Positions 1 to 9,226 of a stretch of DNA of 64,000 nt are shown in pieces. This stretch comes from Myxococcota bacterium (GTDB lineage Bacteria; Myxococcota; Myxococcia; Myxococcales; Myxococcaceae), in assembly GCA_049322495.1 (NCBI GenBank), contig JBMORD010000219.1, positions 1 through 64,000 on the forward strand, in the 5' to 3' direction. Under the pieces are notes generated by a model. That model did not search any database. It saw only the letters and a list, made by a program, of their open reading frames with translations, and was not told the DNA's origin. Numbering within the stretch: the stretch's first letter is position 1; each line of letters opens with the position of its first letter. The position numbers were made by a program, and so were the translations under genes.

Positions 1-2279
1 CGCTCGGCGAGCTGTGGCCCGGGGTGCGCGTGGAGCTCCACGCGACTGCCGCGGGCGTCGAGAAGCACTTCATGCTCGCGCGCGCCGACGCCGTGACGCG
101 CATCGAGGTGCCGCTCGACGGCGCGCAGGCCCTCACCGTCGACGCGCACGGCGCGCTGGTGATGGGCACCGGGCTCGGCGCGGTGGCCTTCTCGGCGCCG
201 CGCGCCTGGCAGCACGTCGCGGGCCGCCGCGTCGACGTCGCCGCGCGCTGGGTGCTGCGTGGCGCGGGCTACGGCTTCGCGCTCGAAGCCGTCGACGACG
301 CCGCGCCCGCGGTCATCGACCCGCTGCTCCACGCGACCTTCCTCGGCGGCGACCGCGGCGAGTCGCTCTTCGCGATCGCGCGTCACCCGACGAGCGGCGA
401 GTACTACGTGGCCGGCGCGACCGACTCCGCCAACTTCCCCGGCACCGCCGGCGGCGCGCAGCCCACCCACGCCAGCGCCGCGCGGCTCCGCGGTGACGCC
501 TTCGTCGCGCGGCTGAGCCCGACGCTCCAGCTGATGCAGGCGACCTTCCTCGGCGGGAGCGAGGACGACTCGGCGCTCGGCGTCACCATCGAGCCGGCGA
601 GCGGAGACGTGGTGATCGCCGGCGCCACCGAGTCTCCGAACTTCCCGGGCACCACCGGCGGCGCCTTCCCCACCATCGCGGCTGACGAGTGGGACGGCTT
701 CGTGGCGCGCCTCAGCGGAGACCTCCGCACCCTGCGCCAGTCGACCTTCCTCGGCGGCTCGGAAGAGGACGACGCCTCGATGGTGGTGCTCCACCCGGTG
801 ACGGGCGAGGTGTACGTGCTGGGCTGGACGCTCTCGCCCGACTTCCCGGGCGTCACCGGCGGCGCCGACGCGCTCAACGAGGGCAACGGCTTCGAGTGGG
901 ACGGCTTCGTGGCGCGGCTGACGGCGGACCTCAAGACGCTCCGGCAGGCGACCTTCTTCGGCGGCAGCCAGAGCGACTTCTTGGAGGCCTTCGCGGTGGT
1001 CGACGCGGGCGTGTACGTCACGGGGTGGACCGAGTCGACGCAGCTCGACGCCACGGCCGGCGGAGCGCAGCCTGCGCGCGGCGGCGCGATGTACGACGGC
1101 TTCGCGGTGCTGCTGAACGCGGAGCTGACCCGCCTCGTGCAGACCACCTGGCTCGGCGGCTCGCAGGACGACTTCCCCCTCGGCCTCGCGGTCGAGCCGT
1201 CGAGCGGCGACCTCTTCATCGGCGGCAACTCGTGGTCGGCAGACTTCCCCGGCACGAGCGGCGGCGCGCAGCCGACCTTCACGCCCGATGGCGGGCGGGA
1301 GGCCTTCGTCAGCCGGCTCTCGGCGGACCTCACGCAGCTGCGGCAGTCGACCTGGCTCGGCGGCTCGAGCGACGACCTCGTGCAGGACCTCGCCGTCTCG
1401 AGCGCGCCACCTTCGGTCTACGTCACCGGCTCCACGTCCAGCGCCGACTTCCCCGGGACGCTGGGCGGCGTGCAGCCCACCCTCGCCGGAGGGCTCGACA
1501 TGTTCGCCGCGCGCCTCTCGCTCGATCTCCGCACGCTGCACCAGGCGAGCTACGTGGGCGGCAGCGGGAACGACAGCGCCCTCACGCTCGCGCTCGGCGG
1601 CGGCCAGGTGGTGCTCGGCGGCGTCACGCGGTCCGGCGACATCGCGGTCACGCCCGACGCGGGCCAGCCCACGAACGGCGGCGGCGACGATGGCTACCTC
1701 GCCGCGCTCGACCCCGGGCTCGGGGGCTCCCTCACCACGCCGAGCGCCGACCTCGCGCTCACCAAGAGCGCTCCGGCGACCGCCCTCGCGGGGGCGAACG
1801 TCACCTTCCGGCTGGTCGTCACCAACGCGGGCCCCGACCCGGCCACCGGCGTGACGCTCGACGACCCGCTCGGCGGCTGGACCTCCGTGAGCCACGCCAC
1901 CACGCGCGGGACCTGCAGCGTCACCGGCGGCCGCCTGAGCTGTCAGCTCGGCACGCTCACCGTCGGCGCGGAGGCGGTGGTCGAGCTCGTCGCCTCGACG
2001 AGCACCACCGGCACCTTCACCAACCACGCGAGCGTGAGCGCCACCGAGCGCGACCCGAGCCCCGCGAACAACGCCGCCGAGGCCACGGTGCTGCTCGAGC
2101 CGGGCGGCACCGGCGGCGGGGGCGGCGCGACCGGAGGAGGCGGCGGCACCACCGGCGGAGGCGAAGGTGGCGGCGGGGGCGACGCGGCGCCTCCGTGCTG
2201 CGGCTGCTCGGCGGGCGAAGGGCTGCTCGCCGCGGCGCTCGTCGGGTGGACGGCGCTGCGCCGGCGAAGGCTGAACTGA
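1..2279 (+). CDS. Surface protein with SBBP-type beta-propeller repeats, a DUF11-like domain and a MYXO-CTERM sorting signal (5' partial)
   Basis: The reading frame is open to the window edge, so the GTG at 24 is probably internal. There are about 9 tandem ~55-aa repeats of the form 'FVARLS.DL..L.QSTFLGGS.DD' plus 'SxNFPGTxGGAQPT'. A DUF11-like segment reads 'LTKSAPATALAGANVTFRLVVTNAGPDPATGVTLDDPL'. A Gly-rich linker is followed by 'PPCCGCSAGEG', a hydrophobic helix and 'RRRRLN', which is the MYXO-CTERM pattern. Confidence 0.7.
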   Translation, partial: LGELWPGVRVELHATAAGVEKHFMLARADAVTRIEVPLDGAQALTVDAHGALVMGTGLGAVAFSAPRAWQHVAGRRVDVAARWVLRGAGYGFALEAVDDAAPAVIDPLLHATFLGGDRGESLFAIARHPTSGEYYVAGATDSANFPGTAGGAQPTHASAARLRGDAFVARLSPTLQLMQATFLGGSEDDSALGVTIEPASGDVVIAGATESPNFPGTTGGAFPTIAADEWDGFVARLSGDLRTLRQSTFLGGSEEDDASMVVLHPVTGEVYVLGWTLSPDFPGVTGGADALNEGNGFEWDGFVARLTADLKTLRQATFFGGSQSDFLEAFAVVDAGVYVTGWTESTQLDATAGGAQPARGGAMYDGFAVLLNAELTRLVQTTWLGGSQDDFPLGLAVEPSSGDLFIGGNSWSADFPGTSGGAQPTFTPDGGREAFVSRLSADLTQLRQSTWLGGSSDDLVQDLAVSSAPPSVYVTGSTSSADFPGTLGGVQPTLAGGLDMFAARLSLDLRTLHQASYVGGSGNDSALTLALGGGQVVLGGVTRSGDIAVTPDAGQPTNGGGDDGYLAALDPGLGGSLTTPSADLALTKSAPATALAGANVTFRLVVTNAGPDPATGVTLDDPLGGWTSVSHATTRGTCSVTGGRLSCQLGTLTVGAEAVVELVASTSTTGTFTNHASVSATERDPSPANNAAEATVLLEPGGTGGGGGATGGGGGTTGGGEGGGGGDAAPPCCGCSAGEGLLAAALVGWTALRRRRLN

Positions 2280-2359
2280 AACCACTGGGAGCCATCAGCG
2301 GGCGCCCGGCACCCCGGCCGCGCGGTCGTTAGCTCGGCTCGCACTGGCGAGGAGAGCGA

Positions 2360-3700
2360 ATGGACCCGTTGACCTGGCACCGAGCGCAGTTCGCCTTCAC
2401 CATCGTCTACCACTACCTCTTTCCCCAGCTGACGATGGGCCTCGCGCTGCTCATCGTCATCTTCAAGGGGCTGGCGCTGCGCCCCGGCGGTGAGGCGTGG
2501 GCCGCGGTGGCGCGCTTCTGGGTGCGCGTCTTCGGGCTCAACTTCGCGGTGGGCGTCGTCACCGGGCTGCCGATGGAGTTCCAGTTCGGCACCAACTGGG
2601 CGCGCTTCTCACAGCTCACCGGCGGCGTCATCGGCCAGACGCTCGCCATGGAGGGCGTGTTCGCCTTCTTCCTCGAGTCGTCCTTCCTCGCGATGCTGGT
2701 GTGGGGCGAGCGGAAGCTCGGGCCGAAGAAGCACTTCGCGGCGGCGGTGGCGCTCTTCGTCGGCAGCTGGCTGTCGGGCGTCTTCATCATCACCACCAAC
2801 GCCTTCATGCAGCACCCGGTGGGCTCCACGCGCCTCGAAGACGGCACCTTCGTGCTGGCGGACCTCGGCGCGTTCCTCTTCAACCCGTGGGCGCTCGGGC
2901 AGTACGCGCACAACCAGCTCGCCTCGCTGGTGACGGCGTCCTTCGTGGTGACGGCGGTCGGCGCCTTCTGGGCGCTGCGCGGCACGCACCTCGAGGCGGC
3001 GTGGCTCAACCTCAAGGCGGGCACGCTCGCCGGCCTCGTCGCGACGCTGGGCGTGGCGTTCCCCACCGGCGACCACCAGGCCAAGCTCGTGGCGAAGCAC
3101 CAGCCCGCCGCGCTCGCGGCGATGGAGGGGCGCTTCGAGAGCGGCCCGCGCGCCACCATCCACCTCATCGGTCAGCCGAACGTCGCCGAGCGGCGCCTCG
3201 ACAACCCCATCGGCGTGCCGGCGGTGCTCTCGTTCCTCGCCTTCGGGAACTTCGACGCGCCGGTGGTGGGCCTCAACGACGTGCCCGTCGACGAGTGGCC
3301 GACGAACGTGGAGCTCCTCTACTACTCGTTCCACGTGATGGTCGGGCTGGGCACGCTCTTCATCGGCCTGATGGCGCTCGCGGTGCTCTTCCTGTGGCGC
3401 GGCTGGCTCGAGCGGAGCCGCTGGCTGCTGTGGGCGCTGATGCTCGCCTTCCCCTTCCCGTACATCGCCAACACCGCCGGGTGGATGACGGCGGAGCTCG
3501 GGCGGCAGCCCTGGCTCGTCTACGGGCTGCTGCGCACCGCCGAGGGCGCGAGCCCCACGGTGCACGCGGGCAGCACCGCCTTCACGCTCATCGGCTTCAC
3601 CGGGCTGTACTTCGTGCTCGGGCTGGCCTTCGTCTTCCTCGTGGGCCGCGAGGTGCTGCACGGGCCGGCCGGAGCGCACGCGGAGGCGCACCATGCTTGA
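2360..3700 (+). CDS. cydA: Cytochrome bd ubiquinol oxidase subunit I
   Basis: The N-terminus 'MDPLTWHRAQFAFTIVYHYLFPQLTMGLALLIVIFKG' matches CydA, the protein is multi-TM, and the length is 446 aa. Confidence 0.93.
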   Translation: MDPLTWHRAQFAFTIVYHYLFPQLTMGLALLIVIFKGLALRPGGEAWAAVARFWVRVFGLNFAVGVVTGLPMEFQFGTNWARFSQLTGGVIGQTLAMEGVFAFFLESSFLAMLVWGERKLGPKKHFAAAVALFVGSWLSGVFIITTNAFMQHPVGSTRLEDGTFVLADLGAFLFNPWALGQYAHNQLASLVTASFVVTAVGAFWALRGTHLEAAWLNLKAGTLAGLVATLGVAFPTGDHQAKLVAKHQPAALAAMEGRFESGPRATIHLIGQPNVAERRLDNPIGVPAVLSFLAFGNFDAPVVGLNDVPVDEWPTNVELLYYSFHVMVGLGTLFIGLMALAVLFLWRGWLERSRWLLWALMLAFPFPYIANTAGWMTAELGRQPWLVYGLLRTAEGASPTVHAGSTAFTLIGFTGLYFVLGLAFVFLVGREVLHGPAGAHAEAHHA

Positions 3701-4733
3701 GCTCCCGACGGTGTGGTTCTGGCTGGTGGCGCTGCTGCTGACGACGTGGGCGGTGCTCGACGGCTTCGACTTCGGCGTGGGCGTGCTGCACCGCTTCGTG
3801 GCGCGCACCGAGGTCGAGCGGCGCGAGGTGTTCGCCGCCATCGGCCCGGTGTGGGACGGGAACGAGGTGTGGCTGCTCGCCGCCGGCGGCTCGATGCTGC
3901 TCGCCTTCCCGCGGCTGCTGTCGGCCGGCTTCTCCGGTCTCTACCTGCCGGTCATCTTCGTGGTGTGGAGCCTCATCCTCCGCGGCGTGTCCGTCGAGCT
4001 GCGCAGCCACCTCCCCGCGCCGCTGTGGCGCAGCTTCTTCGACACCACCTTCGTGCTGGCCTCGCTCGCGGTGCCGGTGCTGATGGGCGCGGCGCTCGGG
4101 AACGTGGTGCGCGGCGTGCCGCTGCGGCCCGACGGCTACTTCGAGCTCGAGCTCTTCGGCACCGAGGGCCGGCCGGGCGTGCTCGACGGCTACACGCTGC
4201 TCGTCGCGGCGCTGGTGCTGGTGACGCTCACCGCGCACGGCGCCAACTGGCTGGTGTGGAAGACGGGCGGCGAGGTGCAGCGGCGCGCGGGCGCGGCCCG
4301 GCGGGTGCTGTGGCCGCTCGCGCTCGGGCTGTGGCTGGCGACGGCCCTCGCCACGCGCGCGGTGGCGCCGGAGCTCTTCGAGGGCTTCGCGGCGCGCCCG
4401 CTGGCCTGGCTCGGGCTCGCGCTGGCCCTCGGCGGGGCGGTGATGGTGGTGGTGATGCGGGGTGCGGAGCGCGCACCCTTCTTCGGCGGCGTGGCGTTCA
4501 TCGCGGGCCTGCTGGTGACGACCGTGGCGAGCCTGTTCCCCGTGGTGCTGCGGGCGTCGACCGGCGCTGAGCGCTCGCTCACCGTGCAGTCGGCCGCCGC
4601 CGCGTCGCATTCCCTCGGCGCGGCGCTCGGCTGGTGGCTGCCGGGCCTGGCGCTCGCCGCGGGCTACCTGTGGTGGGTGCTGCGGCACTTCCGTGGGAAG
4701 GTCGAGGCCGCTCGCGATGGCGAGGGATACTGA
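3693..4733 (+). CDS. cydB: Cytochrome bd ubiquinol oxidase subunit II
   Basis: 'MLELPTVWFWLVALLLTTWAVLDGFDFGVGVL' is the CydB signature. The gene overlaps the cydA stop by 8 nt, which indicates an operon. Confidence 0.9.
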   Translation: MLELPTVWFWLVALLLTTWAVLDGFDFGVGVLHRFVARTEVERREVFAAIGPVWDGNEVWLLAAGGSMLLAFPRLLSAGFSGLYLPVIFVVWSLILRGVSVELRSHLPAPLWRSFFDTTFVLASLAVPVLMGAALGNVVRGVPLRPDGYFELELFGTEGRPGVLDGYTLLVAALVLVTLTAHGANWLVWKTGGEVQRRAGAARRVLWPLALGLWLATALATRAVAPELFEGFAARPLAWLGLALALGGAVMVVVMRGAERAPFFGGVAFIAGLLVTTVASLFPVVLRASTGAERSLTVQSAAAASHSLGAALGWWLPGLALAAGYLWWVLRHFRGKVEAARDGEGY

Positions 4734-5538
4734 GAAGGCGGGCGCGCCTGCGTTGAACCCCGCAGGCCGCGGGCGCACTCTCATCGACATGGGCGACGCG
4801 CACTTCACCGGCTGCCTCTCGTGCGGTGCGGAGCTGGTGTACCTCGAGCGCGCCGAGCCGATGAGCTGCGCCGGCTGTGGCCGCGAGCATCAGAGCAACG
4901 CGCGCTGCGCGAACGCCCACTTCTTCTGCGACGTCTGCCATTCCGGCGAGACGGCCGACGTCATCGAGCGGCTGTGCCTCGACTCTCGCGAGACCGACCC
5001 GGTGGCCATCACCCTCGCGGCGATGCACCACCCGAAGCTGAAGATGCACGGCGCGGAGCACCACTACCTCACGCCGGCGGCGCTGCTCGCGGCGTACTGC
5101 AACCTGCGCCACGAGCCCGACGAGAAGAAGCGCGCGTGGCTGGCCGAGGCGAAGAAGCGCGCGAGCCAGGTGCCGGGCGGCACGTGCGGCTACTGGGGTA
5201 CCTGCGGCGCGGCGGTGGGCACGGGCATCTTCGTCAGCGTCGTCACCGGCGCCACCCCGCGCTCGAAGGAGCCGTGGGCGATGGCTCAGGCGATGACCTC
5301 CGAGGTGCTGGCGACGTACGCGAAGCTCGGCGGCCCCCGCTGCTGCAAGCGCAACACCTGGGTGGCCACGCTCACCGCGGCGAAGTTCGCGCGGCAGCGG
5401 CTCGACACGCCGATGAAGGCGCGCGGCGCGCGCTGCGACTTCAGCGCGGTCAACCCCGACTGCCACAAGCACGAGTGCCCGTTCCACCCGCGCACCGGGC
5501 CTGACGCCGACGCGCGCGCCGAGGCGCTGGTGAGCTGA
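4693..5538 (+). CDS. Cys-rich zinc-ribbon hypothetical protein, possibly a DUF5714-like family member
   Basis: Multiple CxxC pairs are present ('CLSCGAEL...CAGCG...CDVCH', 'CGYWGTCGA', 'CCKRN', 'CHKHECPFH'). The real start is more likely the ATG at 4789 ('MGDAHFTGC'), which avoids a 40-nt overlap with cydB. Confidence 0.5.
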   Translation: MGRSRPLAMARDTEKAGAPALNPAGRGRTLIDMGDAHFTGCLSCGAELVYLERAEPMSCAGCGREHQSNARCANAHFFCDVCHSGETADVIERLCLDSRETDPVAITLAAMHHPKLKMHGAEHHYLTPAALLAAYCNLRHEPDEKKRAWLAEAKKRASQVPGGTCGYWGTCGAAVGTGIFVSVVTGATPRSKEPWAMAQAMTSEVLATYAKLGGPRCCKRNTWVATLTAAKFARQRLDTPMKARGARCDFSAVNPDCHKHECPFHPRTGPDADARAEALVS

Positions 5539-5562
5539 AGCGGGAACCCTCGGCCGCCGCGC

Positions 5563-6081
5563 GTGGCTCGCAGGGGCATGCCGCGCCTGTTCCTGCTCGT
5601 CGTCGCGCTGCTGGTGTCGCCCGCCGTCGCCGCGGAGCCGGTGCTGCTCCCCCCGGGCAGCGCGGCGCCGGACTTCAGCCTCGAGCGCGCGAGCGGCGGG
5701 AAGCTGTCGCTGTCGAACCTCCGCGGGCGCGTGGTGCTGGTCGACTTCTGGGCGACGTGGTGCCCGCCGTGCCGCGCCGAGCTGCCGTGGCTGGTGAAGC
5801 TGGCGAAGAAGTACGAGGCGCAGGGCCTGTGGCTGGTGGCCGTCAACCAGGACCGCGCCGACGAGCAGCGCGCGCTCTACGCGGGCTTCGCGCCGGAGGT
5901 GCCGGGCCTGTCGACCTGGGCGGTGTTCGGCACCGACGCGGTGAAGGACGCGTGGAAGGTGGACGGCATGCCCACGCTCTACCTGCTCGACCGCAGCGGC
6001 CGCGTGGTGGCGGCGCACGAAGGCCGGCTCACCGAGGCGCAGGTGACGCAGGCCGTCGAGCAGGCGCTCCGCGCGCGGTGA
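5563..6081 (+). CDS. TlpA/ResA-family thiol-disulfide oxidoreductase (thioredoxin fold), secreted
   Basis: A signal peptide 'MPRLFLLVVALLVSPAVAA' is followed by 'VVLVDFWATWCPPCRAELPWL', which carries the CxxC active site. Confidence 0.85.
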   Translation: MARRGMPRLFLLVVALLVSPAVAAEPVLLPPGSAAPDFSLERASGGKLSLSNLRGRVVLVDFWATWCPPCRAELPWLVKLAKKYEAQGLWLVAVNQDRADEQRALYAGFAPEVPGLSTWAVFGTDAVKDAWKVDGMPTLYLLDRSGRVVAAHEGRLTEAQVTQAVEQALRAR

Positions 6082-6275
6082 GCCGCACCGACGTCAGCCC
6101 TCTTCTTCTTCGACGGACTCCTGCGTCGCCGACGCCCGCAAGGTGTTGTCGATGCTCCGCAAGAGCGCCTCGAGCCGTCCGAGCTGCTCGAGGGTCGCGT
6201 TGACCTTCCAGTACCAGCACACGAGCTCGCGGCCGACAAGCAGGAGGAACAGCGAGAAGCCAACGACAAAGACGA

Positions 6276-6635
6276 GTGCCGCTGCCGCGCGCGCTGATCC
6301 GTCTCGTGCTCGCGGGGCGTGACGCGCCGCTCGAGCTCGTGGAGGCGCTCCGTGCGGAGGTGGCCGCGGTGTCGCCGCATGTGCTCTCGGCCCGAATGCG
6401 CGCCGCCCTCAGCGTCGACGCGTCCGACGACGCGCGCGCCTGCCCGGTGCCGGCGCTGTACCTCGGCGCGAGGGACGAGCGCCTCCTGCGACGCGGGCTC
6501 GCGGCGGAGCTCCGAGCGCTGCTGCCCTCGCTCGAGGTGCTGGAGTTGCCGGCGCCGCACCTCGTGCTCCAGCGCGCGCCAGTCGAGAGCGCCGCGGCGG
6601 TGGCTTCATTTCTTGCGCGGCTTGTCTGTCGTTGA
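6276..6635 (+). pseudogene. Possible remnant: C-terminal ~100 aa of an alpha/beta-hydrolase with no catalytic N-terminal part
   Basis: 'PVPALYLGARDERLL...LPSLEVLELPAPHLVLQRAPVESAAAVASFL' resembles the C-terminal cap region of abhydrolases. No upstream in-frame N-terminal domain is present. Confidence 0.3.
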
Positions 6636-6866
6636 CGGCGGACGGATGCATTTGCCGGGGCCGGAGCCGCCGTGCGCGCAGACCTCGTCCTGACGGCAGC
6701 ACAGGTCGTTGCACTGGTGGTGTGCGCACCGGCACCGGCCGGTCTGGAGCGCTTCACCGGCGCACTCGTCGCTGCGTGGCACTCCGCCGTCGCTGGGCGC
6801 GGGGGCTTGTGCGACGAGGAGGGCAAGGCAGGCGATCAGGAGCATGGCCTTCCGCTGTCCTTTCAA
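6606..6866 (-). CDS. Small secreted Cys-rich protein
   Basis: The 86-aa product has a signal peptide 'MLLIACLALLVAQAPAP' and a mature part with 8 Cys ('CAGEALQTGRCRCAHHQCNDLCCRQDEVCAHGGSGPGKC'). Confidence 0.4.
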   Translation of the reverse strand: MKGQRKAMLLIACLALLVAQAPAPSDGGVPRSDECAGEALQTGRCRCAHHQCNDLCCRQDEVCAHGGSGPGKCIRPPSTTDKPRKK

Positions 6867-6897
6867 TTCAACGCAGGTGATGGTCTAAGCCGCGCGC

Positions 6898-7596
6898 TTG
6901 AAAAACAAGGGTCGGCGGGACGAGCTGGCAAAGCGTGTCTGGAGCCGCGTGGTTGGGTTGCTCGATGACGCCCGAGTGCAGCGCTACGACAAGTTTCGGC
7001 TGGGGCCGAAATTCAAGAAATACCAGCACGCCCCGCCGCGCGTGCTCGTCGATCGGTCCGCCGCGTACCTCGGCTCGCTGGTCGCCGCGAAGCTGCACCT
7101 GCGCGGCGCGACGAGCGTCGGCCAGCGGGTGCGCACCATCGGCAAGCCGCGCATCGAGAACTACGGCACGCTGGTCATCGGCGACGACACGGTGCTGCGC
7201 TCGGTCAACGTGCCGCTCGAGCTGTGCGTCGAGGTCGACGCCACGTTGATCATCGGCAGGGAATGCAGCCTCAACTACGGCGTGTCCATCGGGACCACCG
7301 AGCGGGTCACCATCGGCGATCGCGTGCGCATGGGGCCGTACGTGATGATCGTCGACAACGCCTTCCACAGCCCCTACGAGCGCTCGGTGCGCCCGCCGTC
7401 AAAGCCGGTGGTCATCGAAGACGACGTGTGGCTCGCGAGCCGGAGCTCCATCCTCCCCGGGGTCACCATCGGTCGCGGCGTCATCGTGGGCGCGGGCTCG
7501 ACCGTGACGCGCGACGTGCCGCCGTTCACGGTGGTGGCGGGGAACCCGGCCCGCGAGGTCGACAAGCTCGACCCCGACCTCTTCCGGGAGAAGTGA
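6898..7596 (+). CDS. Hexapeptide-repeat (left-handed beta-helix) acetyltransferase
   Basis: Tandem hexapeptide repeats include 'IGDDTVLRSVNVPLELCVEVDATLIIGRECSLNYGVSIGTTERVTIGDRVRMGPYVMI' and 'VWLASRSSILPGVTIGRGVIVGAGSTVTRDVPPFTVVAGNPAR'. Confidence 0.8.
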   Translation: MKNKGRRDELAKRVWSRVVGLLDDARVQRYDKFRLGPKFKKYQHAPPRVLVDRSAAYLGSLVAAKLHLRGATSVGQRVRTIGKPRIENYGTLVIGDDTVLRSVNVPLELCVEVDATLIIGRECSLNYGVSIGTTERVTIGDRVRMGPYVMIVDNAFHSPYERSVRPPSKPVVIEDDVWLASRSSILPGVTIGRGVIVGAGSTVTRDVPPFTVVAGNPAREVDKLDPDLFREK

Positions 7597-7599
7597 CGC

Positions 7600-8152
7600 T
7601 CAGAAGGTCAGGAGCGGCGGCAGGGAAAGCGGGGGCTCGAGGTCGCGCGCCAGCGCCGCGTTGAGCAGCGCCCGGCGGTCCTGCCGGAGCGCGTGCGCCT
7701 CGCGCTGGCGCGGAGCGTCCGCGAGGAAGGAGAGCGCGACGAGGCCACCGCCCAGCAGCGTGGCGCCCGCACACACGGCCCACACCCACGGCGGCACGAG
7801 GACCACGAAGAGGAAGTGGAACACCCCGGTGAAGATCGGGCCCCACATCGTGCCGGTGAAGAGGGCCCCCAGCCCGCCGAGGAAGCTCACCACGAGGCCG
7901 ATGCCCGCCATCGCCGCGGGCGGGAGCACCCCGAGCCCGAGCAGCGTGAGGCTGGTGGCCCGCAGCGCCGTCACGCCGTCGGGCTGTTCCTTCAGCGCTC
8001 TGAGTCGTGCGTCGATGCGGCCGAGCTGGGCGACCTCCTCGGCGGTCATCAGGCGCGCGGCGCGCGCCTCCCGGGCGCGGACGGCGTCCCTGGCCGGTTC
8101 GTTCTTCGGCGAGGCCGTGAGGAGGAGAGAGACGACGAGCAGCGTGTGCATG
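7600..8152 (-). CDS. Hypothetical membrane protein with an N-terminal coiled region and a C-terminal multi-TM region
   Basis: The start was chosen at 'MHTLLVVSLLLTASP', which is an internal Met of the 227-aa track ORF. The C-terminus has three hydrophobic helices. Confidence 0.45.
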
Positions 8153-8191
8153 CGCGACTGAATTGCAGCCGCCGCACCACCCTCAGAACAC

Positions 8192-9226
8192 GTGGATTCC
8201 CGAGCTTGCGCCAACCGGGCTGTGAAGGAGCCCCCGTCGCTGTGCAGCCCGCTACACAGCTCGCTGGACCGCCCGTCGCGCATGGCAGGTGTGACTGCGC
8301 GCGCGCCCGGAGTGTGCGAAGTGCGCGCCGTGGTGAACGCGCAGACGACAGCCTCGCGTCAGGGCCTCGCGCTCGGCGCGGCGGCGTACCTCATGTGGGG
8401 CCTCTTCCCGCTGTACTGGCCGCTGCTCAAGCCGCTCGGCTCGCTGGAGATCCTCGCGCACCGGGTGACGTGGTCGCTGGGCGTGGTGCTGGCGATGCTC
8501 GCGGTGACGGGCAGGCTGCGGTGGTACCGCCAGGTCGAGGGGCGCCGGCTCGCGGCGCTGACGCTCGCCGCGCTGCTCATCTCGTTCAACTGGCTGCTCT
8601 ACATCTGGGCGGTCAACAGCGGGCACGTCGTCGAGACGGCGCTGGGCTACTTCATCAACCCGCTGGTCTCGGTGCTGCTGGGCGTGTTCCTGCTCGGCGA
8701 GCGGCTCCGGCGCGCGCAGTGGCTGGTGCTCAGCGGCGCGCTGGCGGGCGTGCTGGTGCTCGCCTTCGACGCCGGCCGCCCGCCGTGGATCGCCCTGGGC
8801 CTCGCGCCCTCGTTCGGCCTCTACGGGCTGGTGAAGAAGCGCGCGGCGGTGGGCGCGGTCGAGAGCCTCGCCTTCGAGACCTCGGTGCTCTTCCCCTTCG
8901 CGCTGGGCTGGCTGGTGTGGCTCGAGCTGCAGGGGCAGGGCGGCTTCGGCCACGTGGGCACGGCGAAGAACCTGCTGCTCATCGGCGCGGGGGTGATGAC
9001 CGCGGTGCCGCTGATCTGCTTCGGCGCGGCGGCGAACCGCATCCCGCTCGGCACGCTGGGGCTGCTGCAGTACCTCGCCCCGTCGCTGCAGTTCCTCTTC
9101 GGGGTGCTCGTCTTCCACGAGACGATGTCGCCGGGCCGCTGGCTGGGCTTCGCGCTCATCTGGGCGAGCCTCGCGCTCTTCGTCGCCGAGGGGCTGCGGT
9201 TCCGCGCCGTCACGCAGAGAGGCTGA
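8192..9226 (+). CDS. rarD: RarD/EamA-family permease
   Basis: 'GLALGAAAYLMWGLFPLYWPLLKP' is the RarD signature. The protein has 10 TM helices. The true start is probably an internal Met, for example at 8282. Confidence 0.85.
   Translation: MDSRACANRAVKEPPSLCSPLHSSLDRPSRMAGVTARAPGVCEVRAVVNAQTTASRQGLALGAAAYLMWGLFPLYWPLLKPLGSLEILAHRVTWSLGVVLAMLAVTGRLRWYRQVEGRRLAALTLAALLISFNWLLYIWAVNSGHVVETALGYFINPLVSVLLGVFLLGERLRRAQWLVLSGALAGVLVLAFDAGRPPWIALGLAPSFGLYGLVKKRAAVGAVESLAFETSVLFPFALGWLVWLELQGQGGFGHVGTAKNLLLIGAGVMTAVPLICFGAAANRIPLGTLGLLQYLAPSLQFLFGVLVFHETMSPGRWLGFALIWASLALFVAEGLRFRAVTQRG

Noticed and set aside
2100-2180. A G-rich simple repeat (ggcggc/ggaggc) that might be non-coding low complexity
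   Set aside because: It lies in frame inside the first CDS and encodes the Gly-rich linker before MYXO-CTERM. A similar Gly-linker-coding stretch at 58495-58555 is inside the Cys-rich lipoprotein gene.
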